NCBI GenBank assembly: GCA_046563655.1
Contig: CM102285.1
Span: 62,001-126,000, forward strand
DNA: 64,000 nt
Source: Yuukianura sp. NJ FZ-2021
Lineage: Eukaryota
Direction: 5' to 3'
The notes under the pieces were generated by a model. The model did no database searches. It worked only from the letters and a program-made list of their open reading frames with translations, and had not been told where the DNA came from. Each line of letters starts with the position of its first letter. Position 1 is the first letter of the stretch. Shown here one piece after another: positions 26,201-37,962 of this stretch. The translations under genes were made by a program, and so were the position numbers.

Positions 26201-27639
26201 CCTAAAAAACAACGTTTAGCCTAACACTTTAGAAGACTAAAAATAGTTTTACCTGTTTAAACTGGCGTCTCTCCGTAGCAAAGTCCTAAGAGCCGCTTTG
26301 ACTAAATCTACTTCCTTGTCCAGCAGATCACGAGTACTGAGCAGTTCCAGGCTCAGTCTCTGCACAAGAATGTTCACATCAGCTAAGCAGGCCAGGATGG
26401 CAGTCTTCACAAGTTGAACGTCATTCCCACCAATTGACTCCTTCTGCACAAGGAGGTAGTTGATTGATGCTTGACGCAACTTCGGTACTGCCAAAGTACA
26501 TCTCCACAAAACAGTGTAAAATACTGACGGGGATACTGCCACTTTTATCGCATCCAGCAACTGAGAAGACCTGCAAACCAATTACAAACGATTACAAATC
26601 GATTACATGATTACAAACGATTATAAATCGATTACACGATTATAAAAGATCACATATCGATTGCATGATTACAAACGACTACTGATCCATTGAACGATTG
26701 CAAAGGATGACTAAATCGTCGCTAAGTCTTTTGCAATCGATTTGTAATCGATTATAGGACCACAACTCGATTACACTAAAGTTTCTAGCAATTACCGTTC
26801 ATTATCAGCTGATTCCTCCATTCCCAGCAAAATGCCTTGCAGAAATCCATCGAGGCAGGGTATAAGGTCTTCTTGCAGCGGCAGAAAATACGTTTCGTAA
26901 ATTTTGAGCAGTGGTGGCTTCACCACTAGACCCGCGTAGTTCAAAAGCGGAAAAAGTCCTGCAATAAGATAAATACATCTAGTTAATTAAGTTTATAGTT
27001 AATTAAATTCTTGGGTTGGTGATTTTTTTTAGTAATCGATTACCGGTGGCGTAGATAAACAAATCTGTTCTGAGCTTTTCTACTCCGATGGTTTTGAAAA
27101 TTAAGTCGTAAGTTTCCAGTGCTTTCAAATGCACTCCCGAAGGCAGGCTGGAGTGAAGACATTGACTCAGCCGCTTCGTAACCAACAGGCGCCTTGGAAT
27201 TACTTTGTACTTCCCAGAATTTGAAGTTATAACCTACAAAATCAAACAAAGCAATCGATTACTTGATCAATTAGATTAGAATTACTATGAATTGCTTACT
27301 TTGTTTAGTTTAGTCAAGGCACTGATAAGGTCAGGCCAATCGGTAGAGTACTCAAAGTTCTTGAGTGCTTTCTCAATATTTGCCACATAACTAGAAACAA
27401 ACATAGCTACAGTTAGGCATATGGAAACTCTTAAACCCAATTACTAATTAAGTTAACGATACGTTTGGACACATGTTTCAAGAATTAGTCAACAATTAAA
27501 CTGAAAGCATAGAAGAATGCGATGACGCATCATCGTCATTCAAACGTCAGCTGTCAATGATAACAGTAAACAGATAGTAGTTTATCTCTCCTTACTTTCT
27601 GTACTTCCCATCTTGAATCGTTTCTTCGTCACCCAACAT
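20211..27639 (-). CDS. DOP1: Protein dopey-1 homolog (multi-exon)
   Basis: N-terminus [78 protein letters not shown]-terminal [19 protein letters not shown]. Confidence 0.93.
23035..23285. repeat. 28-bp minisatellite, about 9 copies, in a Dopey intron
   Basis: Unit aattttccgaccacttgtgaaaattcag with period 28. Confidence 0.9.
26580..26775. repeat. Degenerate short tandem repeat (cgattacaaa-like) in a Dopey intron
   Basis: Repeated gattaca/aatcga motifs, partly inverted. Confidence 0.6.
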
Positions 27640-28349
27640 CCTGGAGGGACACTTAAGGTCAGAGGTCACGGAGCTCCGTCTGTCCAACGGACATCTAAAT
27701 CAATTGCTAAAGTAATTGAATTGACTAATTTATTATTGGTTTCTTGATTATTTGTGGAATTTAAGGACCATTGAACTCTAAAGTCTGTTTACCTTCTAAA
27801 CACTTTCACTTGTTGACTTTTTTCCTTTTAATTTTATCGTGTCGTTCGTTTTGATACTAAGTTGGATGCGCAAATCACAATTTTAAAATTGCGCGAAAAA
27901 TATGAATCATTCAAATTCAAATTACGCGGTTCGGGGATCAGCTGATTGTGAGTGAATCAATTGCCATTTCAGATTGCAATTCAAGGGTTTGGCAATTGCA
28001 AAATACAATCAAAATGAGAAATTGACATTGCAAAACCAATGTACCTAATTTAAGTTGCCATAATTTGTTACACAAGAAACTTAATAGTTAAATTAAGTAA
28101 TTAATTAATAACGAAAGTTAATAATTCTCTTCACATAATCCGTTTTTCTACAATCTTTTTTAATTTTTTTACTGACAAAAAATTATGAGTTTTAGGATTG
28201 GCAATTGCCAGTTGTTTCATTTGTATTTTGCAATAAGTTTTGCTTAATTTTGGCCATCTGTCGGCCACTTTGCAACTTACTGACTTTTCTGTTTCTTTTT
28301 TTTTCTCTGCCAAACTGACCCGAAAGGAAACGCATGGTGAAGACAGAAG

Positions 28350-28372
28350 ACTCTTTTGCTTTTTCCGGTTTC
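28350..28372 (+). promoter_or_regulatory. Putative TCT/5'-TOP polypyrimidine initiator of RpS18
   Basis: ctcttttgctttttcc about 60 nt upstream of the ribosomal-protein ATG; gene lies head-to-head with Dopey. Confidence 0.55.
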
Positions 28373-28412
28373 ATCAATTAATCGTCCGTGATTAATCAAA
28401 TCTCACATCAAG

Positions 28413-29263
28413 ATGGTAAGTTAAACAATTGAACTAACCAATTACCTGTTCTTAAGTTCAGTTACTACCCGGCTTCCGACGGTTTCATTTGTTTAGTTTC
28501 ATAACTTACTTTATGCAAATTCTGCATTGAGAAGATGAAGTAACGATTTTTTGAATTTTGCATAGTTGGATATGGATTGTATTGTTGGTTACATGAGATT
28601 AATTGAATCAATTGATTTTGGTGATTGCAGTCTCTGATTATCCCCGAGAAGTTCCAGCACATCCTTCGTGTGATGAACACGAACATCGATGGAAAGACGA
28701 AGATCATGTTTGCCATGACGAACATCAAGGGAGTGGGCAGAAGGTACTCTAATTTAGTCCTCAAGAAGGCCGACGTTGACCTCACCAAGAGAGCAGGAGA
28801 ACTCAGCGAGGAAGAAGTGAGTCCAGTTGCACAAATTCAGTTTTAAAATCGTACATTGCATGTCAATAATTAGCAACTTGAGTAATTTGGATTTATTTTC
28901 ATTCCCAGGTTGAGAAAGTCATTACGATCATGTCCAACCCACGACAATACAAAATTCCCAACTGGTTCCTCAACAGACAGAAGGACATCAAGGACGGAAA
29001 GTATTCACAGGTCAGTCAGTTCGCACTTTTCTTTGTCATGACTGTATCGACATCAAAACGTAATACTAAATGCATAACTTTTTTTTATGTTTTAGATCAT
29101 TTCCAACAACCTGGAAACTAAATTGCGTGAGGACTTGGAGCGACTGAAGAAGATCCGTGCTCATCGTGGTCTTCGTCACTACTGGGGACTGCGTGTGCGT
29201 GGTCAACACACCAAGACAACCGGACGACGTGGACGAACTGTCGGTGTGTCCAAGAAGAAGTAA
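28413..29263 (+). CDS. RpS18: 40S ribosomal protein S18 (exons 28413-28415, 28631-28816, 28909-29010, 29096-29263)
   Basis: [22 protein letters not shown] ... [17 protein letters not shown] ... [33 protein letters not shown]. Confidence 0.98.
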
Positions 29264-29456
29264 AACACTTTACCCTTTTATGTTTCGGATTTGGTAAATA
29301 AAGGTTTATTATACTAAACTCAAAGGTTAATCAACTAATCAACAATTAATTAACTATTCTATGCTTTAACTTCGATAATTAACTATTCTACACCTCAACT
29401 TCGGTAATCCGTGTCTTTTGATTTGTTCAAAACTTTGTGTCGTATCGTTTCGACTC

Positions 29457-30635
29457 CTAAATCCGGAACTTGGAAAGCGAAAATAGAGCTGTCGACAACG
29501 AAACGAACAAAACACAAATTCCAGTCGACATTCGGTCGCTTCCGGATGGCAATTCGCGCGTTGCGCAGTGTATTCCGCCACCACCAGAAATAATTGCGTT
29601 GATCTCCAGGGCCACAATTTTCCGTCCAGGAAACTCCTGTCGCATGATTTTCTGTGCCTCTTCATCAGCCTTATCATCACCAAACTTCGGCATGATCACG
29701 GCTCCATTGACCACATAAAAGTGGAAATAACTGGCCACAAATTTTCCAACAAGCTTCGTTTTGTTGGGATTTGGTTCTAGCAAATCCACAAACTCAAACT
29801 TACCACCATTCTTCGTGTTATTTAGTACTTTAATCGCTTCGTTAACAGCTGTGGACCAATCGCCTTTGGTCTTACAACCTTCACATGGACGTGACACCAT
29901 CACCCGTCCAGGACGGACCAACCGCACAATGGAAGGGACACAGCCATCAGTCATATCATTCCGATGGACACCATTGACCCAGATGACCTTGGTCACCCCC
30001 AGGACCAGTTTCAGCTCAGTTTCTATTTCAGTTGTATCGGAATTGGACGAACTGGTGACCAGCAGCGTTCCAGCCCCGTCGCTCTCCAACGCTCCACGTT
30101 CAACTATTTTGGAAGTTCGACTTCGTCGGATGTTGAGTGTCCAGAATAATCGCTGCGACAGCGCTTCTGCTTTGGCCTGCCTAAAGTCAACTCCAACTGC
30201 GATCGTTTCGGAAACGTTTCGTCCACGTCTGTCAGTGTCGTATGCTGTTTGGGTAGTGAATAGCGGAATGGTATTACGGGCCCAGAGGTCATCAGTCTCC
30301 AGTTTGAGCAGATCAATCTCACTGCTCGTCATTTTGGATACGTTTTTGAAGTCGTTGGGAGATACAATGAGGGTGACTGGCTCGAACTTGACAATCGCTT
30401 CAGCGATGGACACGATTTCACGCTGGACTGATTCCAGAAGGGACGTATTTTGCTTTTTGTTGTCCCAAACTTTTGCATTGGGGAATACCATAAAAGTGCG
30501 TTCATGTCGCTCATGTTCGGCGGGAAACCGAACTTGGTCTCTGCTGTCTTTCAATTCTATGTCCAGACCATTGCACCAAGGGAGGACAAGGAGCATTGTT
30601 GTGAGCAGAAGGATTTCGGTAGTGATTGAAAGCAT
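29457..30635 (-). CDS. Agmatine/peptidylarginine deiminase-family protein 1; signal peptide and hydrophobic C-tail, degenerate active site
   Basis: FPAEHERHERTFM and GGGGIHCAT present, but DDLWARN, ERG and TDGCVP replace DDLWARD, EGG and TDAHVD; tail GICVLFVSLSTALFSL. Confidence 0.85.
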   Translation of the reverse strand: MLSITTEILLLTTMLLVLPWCNGLDIELKDSRDQVRFPAEHERHERTFMVFPNAKVWDNKKQNTSLLESVQREIVSIAEAIVKFEPVTLIVSPNDFKNVSKMTSSEIDLLKLETDDLWARNTIPLFTTQTAYDTDRRGRNVSETIAVGVDFRQAKAEALSQRLFWTLNIRRSRTSKIVERGALESDGAGTLLVTSSSNSDTTEIETELKLVLGVTKVIWVNGVHRNDMTDGCVPSIVRLVRPGRVMVSRPCEGCKTKGDWSTAVNEAIKVLNNTKNGGKFEFVDLLEPNPNKTKLVGKFVASYFHFYVVNGAVIMPKFGDDKADEEAQKIMRQEFPGRKIVALEINAIISGGGGIHCATRELPSGSDRMSTGICVLFVSLSTALFSLSKFRI

Positions 30636-30764
30636 CTTTGGCCGTTTGACTTCTGTTTCAAGTTTATAAAATCTGAAAAAATCCAAAATTTAAAAAGTTA
30701 AGTATGTAGTAATATTAAATACAACAAAATTCCACAGGAATCTTACAGAAAACTGTAGAAGTTC

Positions 30765-31135
30765 AGAAATTTGATAGTTTCAGAATTTTTTCAGCAAATC
30801 TAGGGATGTCAAAACCTTTTCTTCAAATCCGAGAATTTCAGAACTTTTTTTTTTTAGCAATTCGCAATTTTTTTTAGCAATTGTTTTAAGGGTTTCAGAA
30901 CTACTTTAGCAAATCTGAGAATTTCAGTTTTTTTAAAGCAAATCTGAGAATTTCAGAGTTTATTTATGAAATCTCAGAATTTCAAACCTTTGTCATCAAA
31001 TCTCAGAATTTCAGTAGTTGTTCAGCAGATCTGAAAGTTTCGGCCTGTTTTCAGCGGATTTGAGAATTCCAGAGCTTTTTAAAGCAGAAGCTTTTTAAGC
31101 TTTTTTTTAAAGCTTTTTAAGCTTTTTAGAGCAAC
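30765..31135. repeat. Degenerate ~30-bp tandem repeats in the putative 5'UTR intron of deiminase 1
   Basis: Recurrent agcaaatctgagaatttcag variants. Confidence 0.6.
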
Positions 31136-31595
31136 TTTAGCATACTTACCGTGACCTCAAACGGAGTGATGCACAAAGACTTATCACGGTGACACGCTTT
31201 CAGAATTTGACATTGAAACAAAACGTAAAAAGCATAAGTAACGTCACCACTTAGGAAGGGCAACGGAAAACTACTGGAAGAAATGCGATCAATTTGTCCA
31301 TCCCCTCGCTTTATGAAACATGAAACACGAAATTCACATGAAACTGCGTCGAAATGTAACCAAAAAACTATTTTGACATTTAAAAAAAAACTGCCATAGA
31401 AACATTTGATTTTAAAAGCTTTTGGAGATCGTGCAATTCTTTCGGCGATTTACGAAACCCTGACCTTCTTAACTCTTTTAATGGAAACATACCACAGGAA
31501 AAGTACATGCACACTCAAATATTTTAATTCAACATTTTTTTTTGTTCATTTTTACAAAATTTTTGAAATTTTTTAATGCATTACTAACTCCAATT

Positions 31596-34500
31596 TCAAG
31601 TACACCAAGCATACTTGTGTTCAAATCGTGCCGGGTGGAGTGTGAGCGTATCATCAAGTTCAGCTTTCGAAATCGCCTTGTCTCCCCAGCCCCATGTTCC
31701 GCCATTATGAGAGTGACCTTGACCATGTCCACCGTGACACGAAGGGTGACTGCCGTCCCCTGTCCGAGAAACTCTGGCCAGCACGACCTCACTCCTCACA
31801 GTTTTGAGGTCATAAGCCCATCCGATCCAAGCTAAAAAGTCCATGAATATCGTCGTGATGTTTTCTCCATATCGCCCCCATTCGTCTGTTTTGTAGTCCC
31901 ATGGAAAAGCATGGTGGTAGTTGTGGTATCCCTCTCCACCCGCAACGTACGCCATCACTACGTTGTCCGTCGGACCGAAATTTCTAAACAATTTTGAAAA
32001 AAAAAACACAATTTTAGAACAGGTTTTCAATGTTTAATAAATGTGTAAAGTCGGGACGATTCTGGGACATTTATGAACAGGCTGAACCAAATGTAAACTT
32101 TTTCCAAAAGTCCTTCTGCAGAAAGTTAGAAGGTGTGATGGTGTTTTTAAAAATCAATACTTTGGAATTTTTTAAATTTCCATAAAAAAGGAAAATGCAC
32201 TGTAGTGAATTTGTTAGCCTAATCCTGACTTTTTCCAAAAATCCTTCTGTAGAAAGTTAGAAGGTGTGATGGTGTTTTTAAAAATCAATACTTTGGAATT
32301 TTTTAAATTTCCATAAAAATGGAAAATGCACTGTAGTGAATTTGTTAGCCTAATCCTGACTTTTTCTAAAAATCCTTCTGTAGAAAGTTAGAAGGTGTGA
32401 TGGTGTTTTTAAAAATCAATACTTTTGAATTTTTTAAATTTCCATAAAAAAGGAAAATGCACTGTAGTGAATTTGTTAGCCTAATCCTGACTTTTTCCAA
32501 AAATCCTTCTGTAGAAAGTTAGAAGGTGTGATGGTGTTTTTAAAAATCAATACTTTGGAATTTTTTAAATTTCCATAAAAAAGGAAAATGCACTGTAGTG
32601 AATTTGTTAGCCTAATCCTGCCTTTTTCCAAAAATCCTTCTGTAGAAAGTTAGAAGGTGTGATGGTGTTTTTAAAAATCAATACTTTGGATTTTTTAAAT
32701 TTCCATAAAAAAGGAAAATGCACTGTAGTGAATTTGTTAGCCTAATCCTGCCTTTTTCCAAAAATCCTTCTGTAGAAAGTTAGAAGGTGTGATGGTGTTT
32801 TTAAAAATCAATACTTTGGAATTTTTTAAATTTCCATAAAAAAGGAAAATGCACTGTAGTGAATTTGTTAGCCTAATCCTGCCTTTTTCCAAAAATCCTT
32901 CTGTAGAAAGTTAGAAGGTGTGATGGTGTTTTTAAAAATCAATACTTTGGAATTTTTTAAATTTCCATAAAAAAGGAAAATGCACTGTAGTGAATTTGTT
33001 AGCCTAATCCTGCCTTTTTCCAAAAATCCTTCTGTAGAAAGTTAGAAGGTGTGATGGTGTTTTTAAAAATCAATACTTTGGAATTTTTTAAATTTCCATA
33101 AAAAAGGAAAATGCACTGTAGTGAATTTGTTAGCCTAATCCTGCCTTTTTCCAAAAATCCTTCTGTAGAAGGTTAGAAGATGGAATGATGTTGTGAAAAA
33201 ACAATATTTTGGATAATTTCAATTTTTCATGAATAAGGAAAATACAGTTTTGGGAATTTGCTAGCCTAATGCTGACTTTTTCCAAAATGCCTCCTGTAGA
33301 AAATTAGAAGGTGTTTCAGAAAAACAATACTTTGGAATTTTTTAAATGCCCATAAATGAGGAAAATACGTCCTAGGGAATTCTTTTGCATAATAAATTTT
33401 TAAACTCAGGACGTTGATGTACGGAATGGACAGAATTTGTATAAGGTCGCTTTAGAAAAGATGAAAAGAAATTCGGACCACACGCATTCAAGTTTTGTAG
33501 TACAAGACTTTTTACCTAATGAAATGTTTGCCTTTTCTGTGTGTCTGAGTGTTATGCATACTTTTTTCTGCTTAGTTAATTTATGCTTACTTTTTTTCTG
33601 TGTTTAGTAAACTGTTGCTGACTTTTTTGTGGTTAGTAAATGGGTGCTTACTTGTCATAAGGCCTGTTACCCCACATATGAGCTGCACTGTTGATGAATC
33701 CAGTGATGTTGAGGCTGTAAGTGTAACTGGCCAAAGTACCAAAAAATATCGCGACTTCCAGCTTTTCTCCCCAAGCACAAGTGTACAGCACAGGAAGGCT
33801 AGTGGCAGCTAAAACCACCAGTGGCCAGTAGTACCTAAAAATGGCGGGAATTTACATTTTTGGCGGCATTTCAAATTTTGAATTCAAATTTGAGAGTTTT
33901 TCTAGAAAATACTTTTTCTGGAACATGACGACAGCGTCTGCTTCGAGGTCACGAGTATCCAATTCTTGTAGCTTCTGGGTGACTGCAGGGTGCTCTTTGA
34001 CTAAAAGCCACCCGACATGCGCAAACCAGAATCCCCTTTTGATGTTGTGTGGATCTGCATTCGTTTCTGTGTACTTGTGATGCACACGATGAGTTCTTGC
34101 CCAGTCATAAACGCTGTACTGGAATCCATATGTCTGCATGGTCACCAGGAGGATGCGCAGAGGAAGTCGAGCTTTGTAGGAACGGTGGGACCACAGGCGG
34201 TGACATCCCGCACTCACCCCGAGGCCAGTGAAAATAAAAAGTGGAATTTCTGGGAAAAAAATAAAAAATAATGAACCTGGTGGGACTCGCACCCACATCT
34301 CTTCATTCTGGGAAGAGCTCTAACCATTGAGCTATCATGCTCTAATCACATCAAATGAAATCGGATTCCGAAGGCTACTGTCGGGTACAACAGGGATCAC
34401 ATGACTTGAGAGAAAAGGGATTACAGATTACAGTGCAGAAAAAATTAAGAAGCGAGTGGGACTCGAACCCACATCTTCATTTCTGTAAGATGCGCTCTAC

Positions 34501-34953
34501 CAACTGAGCTAACTGGCTCAGTTTTTACATCTCTGACGGTTTGGCAGGCTGGGGGATTATTACCAAATCCCAAATTTTTTTTATTCTTTTTGAGAAAAAT
34601 TTGATTAAAAAAAATTTTCTTTTAAACTTTTTTGACAAAAATTTCGTTTTTAATTTTTTTTTGAACTTACGAAAAAGTATGGTCTGCCACATGACCTGTC
34701 CGGACAGTAATTGGTAGAGTCCGTACGCTCCTGCTGCGTGCAGCGCCACACACAAAACGACATTGGTCCAGTAAATTTGTAGCGGGAAAGTTTGGTCTAT
34801 GAGAGGAACTTGACCCGGGTCAACTTTCGCACTTTGTGCAACTTTGTCCTTCTGTCCGTCACTCCGCTTCACCCCATTTTTGTTACGTGGAACTGTTTGA
34901 AATTCGTCTAGCACAGGATGTAGCGTGACCAACTCACTTGACTCAGAACCCAT
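31596..34953 (-). CDS. Acyl-CoA Delta9/Delta11-type fatty acid desaturase (4 exons; start uncertain)
   Basis: His boxes HRLWSH, HRVHH and HNYHH; TNADPHN, INSAAHMWGNRPYD, GEGYHNYHHAFPWDY, GWAYDLK. Confidence 0.93.
32097..33380. repeat. 131-bp tandem satellite in the desaturase intron (8 near-identical units plus about 2 degenerate)
   Basis: The tcctg of gcctaatcctg recurs at 32223, 32354, 32485, 32616, 32746, 32877, 33008 and 33139. Confidence 0.95.
34277..34520 (-). repeat. Two tRNA-derived SINE-like or pseudo-tRNA copies in a desaturase intron
   Basis: TAGCTCAGTTGGTAGAGC..GGGTTCGAGTCCCAC (34449-34520) and TAGCTCAATGGTTAGAGC..GGGTGCGAGTCCCAC (34277-34345); acceptor and anticodon arms imperfect. 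Confidence 0.6.
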
Positions 34954-36539
34954 CACACTCTTCGTCACGTTTGCACTTTTTAAAGTTTCTTTGCCCAATC
35001 ACACCAAATAACAGGTTAAGAACACTTTCGTTTTTAATAAGAAAGTTTTCATAAGATTGTTGACGCTTGACTTTAATTGGCCCAAAGCACAAACTTGTTC
35101 CACAACTTTGCCAAATCGCGTAAATTCCTTAAAAGTGACAATTACAGAGCACCACTTGAGTACACACACTTAAAAAAAACGTAACACTTGAAGACTTTCT
35201 TCATGAAATTGAAATGCGTCCAAGCGAATTTGGTTGAACAAAGTTAATTGACCTTTGCCAATTCAATTAACAAAGCCTGAGTTAATTTATGCTTAAAGAG
35301 AGCGGGAAAAACAGGTGATTTCAAAACGTATCAAAAACGTTTTTACGCCAATGGAAACAATTGACTTCTCGCATGACATTTTTCGTACATGTTTCAAATT
35401 ATTGCGTGCAATAATTTGATCGCCATTTCACAAATTTTCATAATTTTGATATTTTGATTACATAACACCTTTGATTGGAAATATTTAATTGACTTATCAA
35501 AATTGGCCCATTTAAATTTGCTCAACTCTATGTTATCCTCCTTGGTCAATAAATGCTGATTATTTTTTGAAAACCATTTTTTGATCACTTTTTTAGAATT
35601 TTTTTTTTTGGATAGCAAAATTTTTTTGGATAGAAAAATGTTAAAAAATAAATATATATAAATACGTGGATGCCCATCTCTGATGAGGGTTGGGTGCAAA
35701 GGATGCGTGAGTAGCTGCTAGACGGACTCTGGAAATTAAAAGAATTTGAAATTTTGTAAACAAAGGTAAAAAGAATTTAAATACTCTTTTTAATTTAGCA
35801 ACTAAATTGTCAATTGATTGTTAATTAATTAAGGTTGCAGCGCATTTCGTAAAGTGAATCGAAATTTAGACAGAGAAGCAGAAGGAAGGTAAGGAGTTCA
35901 ACCACTCTTCAGAAACTTGTCAATTTGAATAAATCCCGTCCCGGTTACACCAATTGATTCAACTAGACGGAACCCGTGATGTTTACACATCACGATGACA
36001 TGGAGCAAGAGGATTTTTAACATTTTGTCAAAAATCCGCTAGCTTTTTCGTTTGACCCGAGTATGACCTAGTGCTTTAAGTTAATTTCGTGATGCATAAG
36101 CATCACGGGTTTCTGGCTAGTTTAATAGAAAATGTATTGTAAAGGCTGGGGGGGCAAGCCCCCCCAGACCCCCCCCCCATGCACTTGAGTTGAGATGGAA
36201 TTTTTGAAAGTCTGTGCTTGGAGAAGTTAATGTAAAAGGGACACCCCAGTATCGTTCCACTCTTCCAAGCAGAGAGAGTTTTTTGCACATATAGTTTGCA
36301 TTAGCATGGGATTTCACGTTGTGACCAAGGGACACTCGTCAATTAGAGTATGATAATCGAATTTTGAACGTTTAGGTTTAGAACCGTATCGAGGACGAGG
36401 ACGAGGTTCGGTCCTGGTCCCGTTGTCACTGATCATCGTTCGATGGTCGCTCGTCCAATGACAATTCCTGTCTCTACGTTGTGCTGACGTCAGACGTCGA
36501 CTCCAGTCTTCTCCCTGACACTTTGGTTTAAATTCCAGC

Positions 36540-37532
36540 ATGGCTTCTGGAACAGAAACTACAATGGATTTCTACATACTACCAAATGCCACTCAGAGTA
36601 CTACAGACTCAACAATTAGAAGTCAGCAACCGGAAGTATTGACGAGAACGAGACGACCCAGCTCCGATAAGCCATATAGCTGTCAGTTTTGTCCCAAGAC
36701 GTTCCAACTACAGACTAGACTGGATAATCACTTGAAGATTCACATCGGAGTGGGATTGGAAAATTGTACTGAGTGTGGAAAACAATTTACGTCGGCAATT
36801 GGATTGAAACAGCACATGGTAAGTCACACGGGCAAGTACATGTGTCACTGCGGCTATTCTGCGGGCTCTTTCGATAATCTCAAAAGCCACGGACGGTACC
36901 ACGTTGACCCAGGGGTACCCTGCTTCAAATGTTATGTCTGTACAGCATTCTTTGCAACAGAAGTTGGGCTAAAAAAGCATCAGAGGATTCATCAGAAGAA
37001 AAAATATCAGTGTCAACGGTGCTCCTTCGTCACTACGAACAGAGATAACTTGGAACCTCATCAACGGCTACACAGAGCAGAAGACGCCCGAAAAAACGTC
37101 CGACGAACGACGATCTCCGACGACAACTCTTCAACTTCTTCTTCATCTTCATCTTCCACATCCACTATCCTAAAAAATCACACGGAACGGATGCTGCCAG
37201 CATTAATTAGTGTCCAGCAGCACCAACTGCAAGGATTAGCCCAGAATCAAATTGGTGAAGAACGCTGGAAAGCCCAAATCGCTGCTGGTTCTACGACAAA
37301 CTCACCATCAATTATCCAAAAGACTGACGCTGATACTGCTTCTGGTGGTGGCGATAACGCGGATATCTTCGTATGCGTTTTCTGTGACTATCGAACTACT
37401 ATCGAGGCATGTTTGATCATTCACACTTCGCGGCATGTTGGATCTTCCGATAATTTTAGATGTTCAAGATGCCCATTAACATTTCCAACTCCAACGTCAC
37501 TCGCCTATCACTTGGATCATCATCCACGATAA
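36540..37532 (+). CDS. C2H2 zinc-finger protein (about 7 fingers), intronless
   Basis: KPYSCQFCPKTF..LDNHLKIH, CTECGKQF..LKQHMVSHTG and further CxxC..HxxxH units. Confidence 0.9.
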   Translation: MASGTETTMDFYILPNATQSTTDSTIRSQQPEVLTRTRRPSSDKPYSCQFCPKTFQLQTRLDNHLKIHIGVGLENCTECGKQFTSAIGLKQHMVSHTGKYMCHCGYSAGSFDNLKSHGRYHVDPGVPCFKCYVCTAFFATEVGLKKHQRIHQKKKYQCQRCSFVTTNRDNLEPHQRLHRAEDARKNVRRTTISDDNSSTSSSSSSSTSTILKNHTERMLPALISVQQHQLQGLAQNQIGEERWKAQIAAGSTTNSPSIIQKTDADTASGGGDNADIFVCVFCDYRTTIEACLIIHTSRHVGSSDNFRCSRCPLTFPTPTSLAYHLDHHPR

Positions 37533-37962
37533 GACCTTTCGATCTCGCTTAGATAGGATACAGGACGATAGGCTATCAATAGGTACCGAACATTATGTCT
37601 ATAGAATCTCTGTAGGATATGGATAGTACAGGTATAGACCTTTATGATGTCGATAAAATCGAATCTCGATAGGATAAAGATAGCTATCTCCGTTATCTCA
37701 GGCTCTCGTGCAAATGTGACCCTTCTCTTCAACTGCATCATTTAAGCATTTATGTATTTAACGGACTAATTAAATTTTGTTACCATTTTTCCTACGGAAG
37801 TAATTAAATTTTTAATTTTGTAACTTTTTTTTGGTTGTAATTTTTTTTCTGCCTATCGCATTTTTGAATTTACATAAACTTTATGTAATTTAATGCAACT
37901 TTATGATCATGATCTAAACGTTACATAAAGTTACATTCCTGTAACTTTTGGCTCCTCGATGT

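Noticed and set aside
28416-28630. Intronic snoRNA in RpS18 intron 1
   Set aside because: No clear C/D boxes, and an H/ACA structure cannot be established by eye
29761-30669. 302-aa plus-strand ORF
   Set aside because: Antisense shadow of deiminase 1 with no recognisable motifs; the same applies to other antisense ORFs over the TPS, Dopey and deiminase exons
34449-34520. Functional tRNA gene
   Set aside because: D and T arms look right, but the acceptor stem and anticodon arm do not pair properly
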